A DNA stretch of 64,000 bases from a virus: IMG/VR virus record IMGVR_UViG_3300029037_000169; one strand, 5' to 3'. How positions within the stretch are numbered: position 1 is the stretch's first letter; each line of letters begins with the position of its first letter. This document shows positions 1 through 8,614 of the stretch, piece after piece. A program made the translations under genes and the position numbers. A model generated the notes under the pieces. The model was not told where the DNA came from, searched no databases, and saw only the letters and a program-made list of their open reading frames with translations.

Positions 1-822
1 ATGGCATCTAAAATACACAATGGAATACTCATTCTTACGCTAATTTTATTTGCGTCTTGCCGTACGCAAAAGCCTGCTCCACGCCCGGCCCCTCCCGAAA
101 CTGTGGATTTCCCTACGGCAAATATTCCTCTTCCCGTCGTGGATTTCAATTTCATGTTGCCGGAAGCTCCGGAGCTAGCGGTTTGTCATTCTCCTAGAAA
201 AGATATCACGGAAGCCTTTACGCCCCGTGATAAAAGCCAGATAGCGATCAAGGACCCCAAGCTATTCGATGAGAATAACACGGAAATTATTGATTTATCC
301 TTGATCCCCGCCGGGGAATACGCATTTCCCCTTCCTAATGGAAACGTGATCTCTCCTTACGGGGGAAGGAGAAGGCATCATTCCGGAGTAGATATCAAAA
401 CTTGTGCCAACGATACGATCGTGTCTGCTTTCGATGGTATTGTCAGGATGGCGAAACCATTCGCCGCCTATGGCAACGTTATCGTTGTCCGCCATTATAA
501 TGGACTGGAAACGATCTATAGCCACAACTCCAAGAACTTGGTTAAACCCGGAGATCGCATTCTCGCCGGACAACCGATCGCCTTAACCGGACGTACTGGC
601 AGGGCTACTACCGAGCATTTACATTTTGAGACTCGTATAAACGGAGTTCATTTCAATCCGAATATCGTCTTCAACATGGCTAAAAGGAAATTACGTTCAA
701 AATGTCTGGTTTGTACCCAGAAAGGTAATAACGTAATCGTCAAATCGGTTGATATATTACCCCATCAAAAGGCTGGTCCATACGTACCGCCACCTCCTTA
801 TAAATGGGTTTACAATGAATGA
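1..822 (+). CDS. M23 family metallopeptidase, lipoprotein-like (host flank, may be 5'-truncated by window edge)
   Basis: N-terminal signal/lipobox-like LILFASC; HxxxD (HHSGVDI) and HLHFE motifs typical of LytM/M23 peptidases. Confidence 0.7.
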   Translation: MASKIHNGILILTLILFASCRTQKPAPRPAPPETVDFPTANIPLPVVDFNFMLPEAPELAVCHSPRKDITEAFTPRDKSQIAIKDPKLFDENNTEIIDLSLIPAGEYAFPLPNGNVISPYGGRRRHHSGVDIKTCANDTIVSAFDGIVRMAKPFAAYGNVIVVRHYNGLETIYSHNSKNLVKPGDRILAGQPIALTGRTGRATTEHLHFETRINGVHFNPNIVFNMAKRKLRSKCLVCTQKGNNVIVKSVDILPHQKAGPYVPPPPYKWVYNE

Positions 823-860
823 AAAAAGGCCTTACGGACAATCCGTAAGGCCTTTTTTCA
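823..860 (+). terminator. rho-independent terminator of peptidase gene
   Basis: AGGCCTTACGG-acaat-CCGTAAGGCCT hairpin followed by T-run. Confidence 0.6.
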
Positions 861-864
861 TTCC

Positions 865-879
865 GTGGAGATGGAGAGA
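865..879. repeat. left prophage junction (attL core), 15-bp direct repeat GTGGAGATGGAGAGA
   Basis: Exact 15-mer repeated at 60919..60933 where it forms the 3' end of ssrA (minus strand). Confidence 0.65.
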
Positions 880-1038
880 CCATAACTTATACTATCATAC
901 AGTATCAAACAATATCATATGCGCTCATGTTCAATACATTCGTGTGTTTTTAAACAGTCAACAAATATCATGTAATATCATATGATGTCATGTTTTTTGC
1001 GTGTAAATTCGCGTAGTTACACGCAACACGTTTTTATC

Positions 1039-2319
1039 ATGGAAATAAAGAGGAGCATAACATTCGAGATAGAGAAAAGAAGGAAGGAGGGGGAATTGAT
1101 TACCAAGAACGTCCCCATCAGGTGCGTGGTGACATTCAACCGGAACAGGATCACGCTCTCCACGGGGCACAGGATAGACGCTAATAAGTTCATCCCGGAG
1201 AAAGGTATCGTCAAGAACGGATGCTTCAACAAGGCCGGGGAAAGCTCGTCCGAGATAAATTCCGATCTTGACGATATACGTGCCACATTGCAAAATATAT
1301 TCCGCCAATACGAGAGAGAGGGCGAGATGCCTAGATCCAACGATATCAAGGAAAAGTTCAAGGTTGCGACAGGCCGGGCGAAGGAGGAAGAGAGGAAGCC
1401 GGTATCCCTGTTCGATATCTACAAGGAGTTTATCGATACGGTAGGGAGGCAGAACGCATGGACGAAGACATCGCACTACAAACATAACTCGATCATGCAC
1501 CTTCTGGAGGAGTTCAATCCACTGATCAAGTTCGATGACCTGTCGGAGGATACCTTGCAAGACTTCGTAGAGTTCTTAAGGGAATACAAAGGTATAAGGA
1601 ATACCACGTTGAACAAGTACCTGCACTTTATAAAGCAATTCCTTTTATGGGCCGACGACAAGGGATACAACACGAGAAAGGACTATCGAAGGTTCAGCCC
1701 AAGGCTTAAAGGGGCGAACTTCGATCTGAAGAAAGTCATATACTTGACATGGGAGGAACTGATGCGTATATATAATATGTATATAAAGGAAGGGACGTTA
1801 TCCACCGTCCGTGACGTTTTCTGCTTCTGCTGCTTCACCGGCCTCCGTTACTCCGACGTATATAACTTAAGGAAGACAGATATCATTAACGGGAAGATTG
1901 ACATCGTGACACAGAAGGACAGCGACAACATACAGATCGAGTTGAACAAGTACAGCAAATCAATACTTGATAAATACGAAGACATCAAGCTCAAGAACGG
2001 GAAGGCGCTGCCGGTCTTGTCCAATCAGAAATACAACATGCATCTAAAGGATCTCGGCAAGATGGCGGAGCTGGACTCCGAGATAACCGAGGTATGGTAC
2101 GAGGGCAACAAGCGAATACAGCAGACATTTCATAAATGGGAACGGCTTACTACCCATGTCGCCAGAAAGACATTCGTCGTCAACGCCCTTATGCTAGGCA
2201 TCCCCCCTCAAGTTATCATGAGATGGACAGGGCACAACGACCTCAAGGCCATGAAACCTTACACTCATATAGTGGATAAGCTGAAGGAGGACGAGATGAG
2301 CAAGTTCGATAAGATATAA
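1039..2319 (+). CDS. int: tyrosine-type site-specific integrase (ORF opens at 982; probable start 1039 MEIKRS)
   Basis: C-terminal catalytic signature HVARKTF...RWTGHNDLKAMKPYTHI (R..H..R..Y); position adjacent to attL. Confidence 0.85.
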   Translation: MEIKRSITFEIEKRRKEGELITKNVPIRCVVTFNRNRITLSTGHRIDANKFIPEKGIVKNGCFNKAGESSSEINSDLDDIRATLQNIFRQYEREGEMPRSNDIKEKFKVATGRAKEEERKPVSLFDIYKEFIDTVGRQNAWTKTSHYKHNSIMHLLEEFNPLIKFDDLSEDTLQDFVEFLREYKGIRNTTLNKYLHFIKQFLLWADDKGYNTRKDYRRFSPRLKGANFDLKKVIYLTWEELMRIYNMYIKEGTLSTVRDVFCFCCFTGLRYSDVYNLRKTDIINGKIDIVTQKDSDNIQIELNKYSKSILDKYEDIKLKNGKALPVLSNQKYNMHLKDLGKMAELDSEITEVWYEGNKRIQQTFHKWERLTTHVARKTFVVNALMLGIPPQVIMRWTGHNDLKAMKPYTHIVDKLKEDEMSKFDKI

Positions 2320-2349
2320 ACAAGTACCTTATATAAAAAAGAATATATT

Positions 2350-2580
2350 ATGAACGATGAATTAAAACAGCTTTTGGAGTGGTTTGATAACTACGAGATA
2401 ACATTTAACGAGATCCGGCTAAGCCCGTGTCAATACATATTTGACCTCCATAAATTCATTTCTGTACAGACAAACTCCGTCCGAAGAAACTGGGAAAATC
2501 CAACATTTGAGTATGATATTTTGAGCCTATATCAGCTTAAAAAGGTGCTGGAGGAAAAAGAGAAAGAAAACATGCCATAG
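2350..2580 (+). CDS. hypothetical protein
   Basis: ORF with RBS-like context downstream of int. Confidence 0.3.
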   Translation: MNDELKQLLEWFDNYEITFNEIRLSPCQYIFDLHKFISVQTNSVRRNWENPTFEYDILSLYQLKKVLEEKEKENMP

Positions 2581-2689
2581 AACATAAAAATAATCCTCTA
2601 AAAACTTGCGTACTATCAAATTTGATAGTATATTTGCAATATCAAAATAACAATAGAACCGGCGGCAACGGATAAGCGGCATTAAGGAA

Positions 2690-2968
2690 ATGAATACATC
2701 TACGTATAGAGAACTATCCAAGACAGGACAAGGCAGAAAGCAATCACATGAAATGATGCTTGAAGATGTCAAAAAAAGAATCGATAAATTTGTTAACGAA
2801 GCCCCTGAGAGCACAAGGGAAAAAGCATCTCAATTAATGCAAACCGCATTTGAAAAAATATCCAAACTTGGCAACGGCATGTTGTTTGATTGTTTTGCCG
2901 ATGATCAAGTAAGCGACAGAAACTTTTTGCTTTACGTTAATGACATTTTAAAGGGAGAGTTACAATAA
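2690..2968 (+). CDS. hypothetical protein
   Basis: ORF only. Confidence 0.3.
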   Translation: MNTSTYRELSKTGQGRKQSHEMMLEDVKKRIDKFVNEAPESTREKASQLMQTAFEKISKLGNGMLFDCFADDQVSDRNFLLYVNDILKGELQ

Positions 2969-3010
2969 ATAATAATAAAAGCTGAGCTACCGGCGTGACG
3001 GGCAATTAAT

Positions 3011-3256
3011 ATGACATTAGAACAAATTAACGCTATCAACCTTGAGGTTGAAAAAGTCTATAATATTATTAACAACACTGCTAGTAATTGTGGTCTTGAA
3101 TTAAATGACCTTGCTTTTCCTGAGCATGACGGCGTAGAGGATGATGTCGCTATAGGCGACATGATGACTCTAAGGGTTAACTTAAACGGGCTGAGGCATG
3201 CTTGCAAAATTATGGCAGAAAAGATAACCTATGCAATTGGAGATTACGAAGAATAA
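3011..3256 (+). CDS. hypothetical protein
   Basis: ORF only. Confidence 0.3.
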   Translation: MTLEQINAINLEVEKVYNIINNTASNCGLELNDLAFPEHDGVEDDVAIGDMMTLRVNLNGLRHACKIMAEKITYAIGDYEE

Positions 3257-3469
3257 TTGAATTTATGATTTTTAAATTAACATCTTATGAAAACATATCT
3301 TAAAAATAATTTTAATGGCGAAGAGATTGAAGTAACATCCACTACCAATCATCCAGATAGCAGCTATGGTAAGGCTGTTTGGGTGGACAAGGAAGGCAAT
3401 GCCTACTGTCAAGTAGGGATGGAGGATCCATTTTACACAGTAATTACAGTGAATAGCTGATTATCCCAG

Positions 3470-3904
3470 ATGATAAAAACAAAAGATACTTTAAACAAAA
3501 CAGGGCGGCAACCTATAAGCGGCGTAAAGACAATGACAACTAGAAAGCTATTTGAACTTTTCGTTAAGAACAACACAAAAGGCAGAGATGGTATTACTCC
3601 TAATGCCAATTTCAAAAGGACATACGGCGACATTTCATTTGAGCAAGCTTTCGAGAGCTATCTTACAAATGTCAACGATTTTCTTTCTTTAAAAAAGAAG
3701 ATAGACAAATTTGAATCCTTCTTGCTAAAAGAAGGTTGCCAAAGGATTCAGAGCAATATTTCGGAAAGTAGATATTACTACTACGGAGGAATAAAATATC
3801 GCTTCAGCAGCCACGTATATCCTACGGGTTCAATGACAGATAAGATAATGGGAGTGGTTGATTTAGCGGCTGATCCAGAACTTATAAATGATGTTATTTA
3901 TTAA
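3470..3904 (+). CDS. hypothetical protein
   Basis: ORF only. Confidence 0.35.
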   Translation: MIKTKDTLNKTGRQPISGVKTMTTRKLFELFVKNNTKGRDGITPNANFKRTYGDISFEQAFESYLTNVNDFLSLKKKIDKFESFLLKEGCQRIQSNISESRYYYYGGIKYRFSSHVYPTGSMTDKIMGVVDLAADPELINDVIY

Positions 3905-4256
3905 TATGAGAAATATATCTTTGACCCTTCCAGAATTCGCCTTCGTCGAAGGCTCCGGCCACGAAAAAGGCGGAGATCCCTTATATGGGAGAAATGTCAT
4001 CTTACACACCCGCTCCGCTAGCGTGATGGAGGTATTATTAAAAGATGATGTCGTATTGGAAGAAGACGTATTGTCATTCAACTTTTCGAATACCAACATG
4101 CTTGGAGAAAACGAACGAATGACAATAGCGTTGCATTACTCGGCGACACTTGATAAAATAGCCGATAGAGATATGATAATAAAAGATATTTTAAGACAGG
4201 CCGCAATATGGTATTGCGACTACTGTGACTGGGAGGACACCAAAGATGACAGATAG
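3888..4256 (+). CDS. hypothetical protein
   Basis: ORF overlapping previous stop. Confidence 0.3.
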   Translation: MMLFINMRNISLTLPEFAFVEGSGHEKGGDPLYGRNVILHTRSASVMEVLLKDDVVLEEDVLSFNFSNTNMLGENERMTIALHYSATLDKIADRDMIIKDILRQAAIWYCDYCDWEDTKDDR

Positions 4257-4449
4257 AGAAAGAATCGGTAAAAGAATAGCCCAGCTCCGCATGGAGGCCG
4301 GGATATCACAGTACAAACTAGCTGAACTTACAGGGCTAGCGCCGGGAAACATCGCCCGGATAGAAACTGGGAAGTACAGCACAGGTGTTGACCTATTGTC
4401 CAAAATAGGCGATGCTTTAGGCTATAAGCTTGATTTCACAAATAAATAA
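4225..4449 (+). CDS. XRE-family HTH transcriptional regulator (Cro-like)
   Basis: IGKRIAQLRMEAGISQYKLAELTGLAPGNIARIE = canonical HTH_3 motif. Confidence 0.7.
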   Translation: MTGRTPKMTDRERIGKRIAQLRMEAGISQYKLAELTGLAPGNIARIETGKYSTGVDLLSKIGDALGYKLDFTNK

Positions 4450-4466
4450 CATTAAAAACTAACATC

Positions 4467-4682
4467 ATGGCAAGAACTATCAATTATGAGCTAAAGGCTC
4501 AAAAAATCAAGGGGCAAATAGACGAGTTAGTAACCGCTCTTTTGGAGGAGAGTAAAAATTCCTTTGACGAGAGCAATAAGAAAATAAAGATTGCAAATGT
4601 AGATCTGGAAGGGTTGAGCAGCCTTGAGTTGCAACAACTGCAAGTTCGAATTTCAAAGATTTTGGTCGAAAGGACAAAATAG
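4467..4682 (+). CDS. hypothetical coiled-coil protein
   Basis: ORF only. Confidence 0.3.
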   Translation: MARTINYELKAQKIKGQIDELVTALLEESKNSFDESNKKIKIANVDLEGLSSLELQQLQVRISKILVERTK

Positions 4683-4707
4683 TTCTATTTGTCGCATCAA
4701 AAAGTAT

Positions 4708-4745
4708 AACGCCCGTGTTTTTTCTGACACGGGCGTGTTTTATTG
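4708..4745 (+). terminator. rho-independent terminator
   Basis: ACGCCCGTGT-tttttctg-ACACGGGCGT hairpin then TTTTATT. Confidence 0.55.
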
Positions 4746-4777
4746 GTCTATTTCACTTATCGCTATAGTAAATATCT

Positions 4778-5029
4778 CTATGTTGAAAATTCGCTCGAAT
4801 CAACATTCCTACGCTTGACATAAAGGCATCGCTTGGATATCTCAGGATTCGCTATACCACGGTTATAAACTCTCACCGTCATTACCACTTTTCTTTTCTC
4901 TAAAAACAAATCTTCCGTCAAACGAATAATCTGCTCTACTCTATCGTCATAATCGCCAACCATATTAATTAGATTTTTTAAGGTAATAATTAAACAGTAT
5001 AGCGAAAAAGTTTGTTTTGCAACGCTCAC
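4778..5029 (-). CDS. hypothetical protein
   Basis: ORF only. Confidence 0.3.
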   Translation of the reverse strand: MSVAKQTFSLYCLIITLKNLINMVGDYDDRVEQIIRLTEDLFLEKRKVVMTVRVYNRGIANPEISKRCLYVKRRNVDSSEFST

Positions 5030-5035
5030 ATGTTA

Positions 5036-5491
5036 TTAAGCAGAATCTTTCTCTCCTTGCCGGCTTCCGGACCTCTCGTCTCTCTCTTGCTTCAACGACT
5101 CGGCCAACAGGCCTATGAGCTTCTCGATATTCCGGCTGTTCCTCTCGTTCGCCTCCGCGTTTTGCTTGCCTTGCGCCGTTAGGTCATGTATGATATCTAG
5201 CAGTTCCCTTGGATTAAAGCCGTCACCTATTTCTTCCGGGATATCAACTGATCGTGCGGGTGGAACGTCAGAGGTTAGCATATCACCAACACCTGTAAGA
5301 AGCCAAACTTTATTATAATGAGGATATACAGATATTATTTTATCAGCAATCTCTTCAGATATTTTCTTAATCTTTCCTTTTTGAAGGTCATATATTTGAG
5401 TAGGTACAACCCCAACACTTTTCGCAAATGTTGCTGCCTTCAGACCTTCTCTATCAAGAATAGAACTAATTATTTCTGATGTTATTCTCAT
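5036..5491 (-). CDS. HTH DNA-binding protein, phage repressor-like (CI-like), divergent from cro-like gene region
   Basis: N-terminal HTH LKAATFAKSVGVVPTQIYDLQKG; minus strand with AT-rich promoter region 5492-5817. Confidence 0.55.
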   Translation of the reverse strand: MRITSEIISSILDREGLKAATFAKSVGVVPTQIYDLQKGKIKKISEEIADKIISVYPHYNKVWLLTGVGDMLTSDVPPARSVDIPEEIGDGFNPRELLDIIHDLTAQGKQNAEANERNSRNIEKLIGLLAESLKQERDERSGSRQGEKDSA

Positions 5492-5817
5492 TCTACTTAA
5501 TTTTATTGTATAGCAAAAAACTATATATATTTATTCCTATATCAAGTTACTAAAACGAACCCCGCAAATCAATATAAAAACATTGAAACACAAATAAATA
5601 AGATCAAATGTCTTACTTGCAAAATCTACTAGACATACATTTTTACATAATATCCATAAACATCAAAAGTTAAAAAAACCTTTTATACAGTATTTTACTC
5701 TACAAGTGTTTGATCGTATAGTAAAATACTATATATTTGCATCATCATTCAATCACGCACAAAGATACGATAAAGATTGAAATAACGAAATGGCATAAAC
5801 ATGCCAAAATAATATAA

Positions 5818-5891
5818 GGCCCTTTAGCTCAGCGGAACAGAGCGACGGTTTCCTAAACCGCAGGTCCCGGGTTTGAGTCCCGGAAGGGCCA
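5818..5891 (+). tRNA. tRNA-Arg (anticodon CCT), phage-encoded
   Basis: Cloverleaf: acceptor GGCCCTT/AAGGGCC, D arm GCTC..GAGC, anticodon loop TTCCTAA, T arm CCGGG-TTTGAGT-CCCGG. Confidence 0.75.
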
Positions 5892-6288
5892 CTAAAAAAG
5901 AGTTCTTTGACTTATTGAATAAAATCCTTACCCCCATAAGAGGATATACGTAAGAGATATAGGTATGGTGGTAAGGTTATGATAGTCGAAGATACCGGAA
6001 GGGATGATGATCCCCGCTCCCGATGTAGTTTGATCGGTTCCGATGTTGGAGTCTACATATTTAATAATGTATAACAGTACGATCCCATTCGGGTATCCTT
6101 GCGGTGGATGGAGAAGAAGACCGTATCGTACTAAATAATACGACTTTTCCTACGAGTCGTATCTAAGATATAGTAGGAGGTTAATACGGCCAAAAGTATG
6201 ACAGATTGGACAGACAATCATAAGATGACGACAGATCGGAAAGACGATCAAGCCGAGAACTCCGGCTTTGCATGAGTTGATTAAGACT

Positions 6289-6346
6289 CCCCCACCCGTC
6301 TATGATTCGGGTTCTCGAAACCGTTGGAGGTTGTGGGGGGGAGCTA
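6289..6346 (+). repeat. structured ~55-bp direct repeat, copy 1 (CCCCCACCCGTCTATGATTCGGGTTCTCGAAACCGTTGGAGGTTGTGGGGGGGAGCTA)
   Basis: Near-identical copy at 7326..7379; outer 7-bp stem CCCCCAC/GTGGGGG; lies ~25 nt upstream of an ATG. Confidence 0.7.
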
Positions 6347-6372
6347 TTATAAATAAAAAGGAAATGTAAATC

Positions 6373-6570
6373 ATGCAGAAAAAAGTGGAAAGCAAAAGAA
6401 AGATCAGAGAAATGAAAGTATCTGAGAAACTATCCTTCCCTATAGAAGTGTTGGAGACGGTTAGAAATAACGTGTCTCTGTTAAACGCTAAGTATTATAG
6501 AGAGGGAAGGAAATGGTCTTCCGTATCAAACAAGGAAGAAGGGATCGTTTATGTCAGACGCTTAACATGA
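6373..6570 (+). CDS. hypothetical protein
   Basis: ORF with AAAGGA RBS-like sequence downstream of repeat copy 1. Confidence 0.35.
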   Translation: MQKKVESKRKIREMKVSEKLSFPIEVLETVRNNVSLLNAKYYREGRKWSSVSNKEEGIVYVRRLT

Positions 6571-6576
6571 CAGATC

Positions 6577-6966
6577 ATGGAAAGGGTATTCACCGAGTTA
6601 ACCGAGGAATGTGATTACACGGCCCAGTATTACGCCGTAGGGTTCGAGAAAAAAGAGATAGCCGAGAAAAAGTGCAGGTCGTTACATACGATCATAAACC
6701 AGCTAAGGACGGCTTTCGAGATACTAGGCGTAAGGAACGGTAGGGAGTTGGCCATAAAACTATGTGAGAGACTATGCGATATAAAAGCTAACGTGGATAT
6801 ACAGCAGATGGTTCATTCCGCCGTGGCGTGCGTATTGCTGCTTGTCCTTTGCGCCGACTCACATCTGGAAATGAGAAGGACAAGGCAAAGATGTCGGTCC
6901 GTGGCTAAAATAGAGATATCCTCTAGGGCTTTCAGGGGCTGTAGAGGAAAGAATATAACATTATAA
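6577..6966 (+). CDS. LuxR/GerE-like HTH regulator candidate
   Basis: FEKKEIAEKKCRSLHTIINQLRTAFEILGVRNGRELAIKL resembles LuxR C-terminal HTH. Confidence 0.4.
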   Translation: MERVFTELTEECDYTAQYYAVGFEKKEIAEKKCRSLHTIINQLRTAFEILGVRNGRELAIKLCERLCDIKANVDIQQMVHSAVACVLLLVLCADSHLEMRRTRQRCRSVAKIEISSRAFRGCRGKNITL

Positions 6967-6977
6967 TAAATAACGAT

Positions 6978-7259
6978 ATGGAGAATATAGCGGATTTACC
7001 GGCGACACAAGTAACGGCGGGGCAGCTGGCCGACTTGATCATAGAGAGGCTTGGGATTAACAAGGAGGCCAAGGATAAACCTAAATACGTAAGGGGCCTT
7101 GAGTCATTGGCTAAAACGCTCCAAGTAAGCCCGGCGACAATCGCCAGATACAAAAAGAGAGGAGTGTTTGGTGACGCTATAAAACAAAACGGGAAATACA
7201 TCTTGGTGGATATCCAACTCGCCCAAGAGCGTTTCCTTGGCAAAGGCAAGAAGAAATAA
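6978..7259 (+). CDS. excisionase/AlpA-like HTH (HTH_17) DNA-binding protein
   Basis: LAKTLQVSPATIARYKKRG HTH motif typical of Xis-like proteins. Confidence 0.5.
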   Translation: MENIADLPATQVTAGQLADLIIERLGINKEAKDKPKYVRGLESLAKTLQVSPATIARYKKRGVFGDAIKQNGKYILVDIQLAQERFLGKGKKK

Positions 7260-7325
7260 CATCCCGGATGTCCCTAGGCCTTATCGCACCTGTGGCGCTA
7301 GGGGTGTCCGGACCTACTTATAAGG

Positions 7326-7379
7326 CCCCTACCCGTCTACGATTCGGGTTCGAAACCGTTGGAGGTTGTGGGGGAGCTA
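7326..7379 (+). repeat. structured ~55-bp direct repeat, copy 2
   Basis: CCCCTACCCGTCTACGATTCGGGTTCGAAACCGTTGGAGGTTGTGGGGGAGCTA; T/C change keeps stem via G-U; preceded by further inverted repeats (GGCCTTAT/ATAAGGCC, CCCTAG/CTAGGG). Confidence 0.7.
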
Positions 7380-7402
7380 ACATTAAATATATAAAGGATA
7401 TG

Positions 7403-7582
7403 GGCATTACAATTAAAAAAATCGTGGAATCATTTATAGACACTATAAAATCGATCCGCACATCATCTGAAAATCATGATCAAAAGACGAACGGATCGAC
7501 CAAAAGTTTCTTTAGAAAAGATAACGAAGACGTGGCTACTTCTCTTTTTGCCTTAAAAACCTATCAATCTTCTGGAGATTGA
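7403..7582 (+). CDS. hypothetical small protein (longer ORF 7268.. reads through the repeat and is probably artefactual)
   Basis: ATG ~25 nt downstream of repeat copy 2 with AAAGGA. Confidence 0.3.
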   Translation, partial: GITIKKIVESFIDTIKSIRTSSENHDQKTNGSTKSFFRKDNEDVATSLFALKTYQSSGD

Positions 7583-7814
7583 AGTTCGCCACGAAGCCGC
7601 AATTATCACAAGTCAATGGGAATAAACGAAAATAATCATTTTCCCCCTCCTTGAAGACAAGGCTTTGTCCTTCTTTGGTAGCAGAAAGCAACTCGAATTC
7701 ATTTTCGGGAAAGGTAAAACCAGAAGTCGAACCGCAAATAGGACAACGGAACTTACCCGCTTTCTTTAAAATCTCGGACGTTATCTCGTCCAAACGTTCA
7801 TCTGTTAATTTCAT
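7536..7814 (-). CDS. small zinc-ribbon protein (CxxC...CxxC)
   Basis: RCPICG ... CDNCG; start taken at internal Met MKLTDERL. Confidence 0.4.
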   Translation of the reverse strand: MKLTDERLDEITSEILKKAGKFRCPICGSTSGFTFPENEFELLSATKEGQSLVFKEGENDYFRLFPLTCDNCGFVANFNLQKIDRFLRQKEK

Positions 7815-8036
7815 AAGCTTAATATTTATGTTTAGCGCCGTAAAGTTAAGCAATCCCGCCAAGAGAGCCAAAGACTCGCAGGTTCCGGAGCAAGACCGGA
7901 GGCGGGACGAAACCATTTGCACTGTTTGACATGTTTATGTGTAATAAAGCTACCAAGACCTTAATATACCGCCGTGAGGCAGGAAGGAATATTAGTTTTT
8001 ACTTAAACTGTGCCGGGGTGGGATTCCCCGGCAAAC

Positions 8037-8111
8037 GCTCCCTTAGCTCAGTTGGTCGAGAGCATCCGGCTCATAACCGGGAGGTCGCTGGTTCAAGCCC
8101 GGCAGGGAGCA
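8037..8111 (+). tRNA. tRNA-Met (anticodon CAT; could be tRNA-Ile2 if lysidinylated), phage-encoded
   Basis: Acceptor GCTCCCT/AGGGAGC, D arm GCTCAGTTGGTCGAGAGC, anticodon loop CTCATAA, T arm GCTGG-TTCAAGC-CCGGC. Confidence 0.75.
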
Positions 8112-8180
8112 CGTTTCACCCCTAGAGGGTGCTTATTCATCTATTTTTAAGTCACAAATAGTTTTAGACATTGCAACGCA

Positions 8181-8207
8181 GGTCTCCGTCCGTGAGGATA
8201 TGAGGCC
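8181..8207 (+). ncRNA. hairpin with conserved 15-nt loop CGTCCGTGAGGATAT (stem GGTCTC/GAGGCC)
   Basis: Same loop with a different, compensating stem at 13752..13780. Confidence 0.45.
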
Positions 8208-8239
8208 TTTTCACATCGATCAATTTAAATCAACAACAT

Positions 8240-8470
8240 ATGATAAAGAGAAACCAAGCGTGGCTCTGGAAGATATTCCGGGCCACAAAGAGCGTGATCG
8301 TCTTCTCTTTTAGGATGATCTCCGCTACCATACTAGGACTAATATCAATAGTGTCAATATTTGAGTGGTACGATAAGCCATTCAATATTCACCTCTTGAT
8401 CTTATCGATCATATCAATCTTTATTGTGGTACACCAAATAGTTATAATGACTTATGAGTCAGAAAAATGA
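8240..8470 (+). CDS. small hydrophobic membrane protein
   Basis: Two predicted TM segments. Confidence 0.4.
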   Translation: MIKRNQAWLWKIFRATKSVIVFSFRMISATILGLISIVSIFEWYDKPFNIHLLILSIISIFIVVHQIVIMTYESEK

Positions 8471-8614
8471 TTTCGGGGTGTTGTACGTGGTACAAGCCCC
8501 ATCAAGACCGAATCGATCGAGGAAGGACGATATCCTAGACGAGCTAAATTCTCTTAGCAAGGAGGAGCTTATACAAATCAGGAAAGATATTATAAAACTT
8601 ATAAACGAGAAATA

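Noticed and set aside
7268-7582. 104-aa ORF reading through structured repeat copy 2
   Set aside because: Its N-terminal 45 codons are the repeat itself, which is non-coding in copy 1; the likely real start is at 7403.
7931-8125. ORF overlapping tRNA-Met
   Set aside because: It spans a well-folding tRNA and has no coding context.
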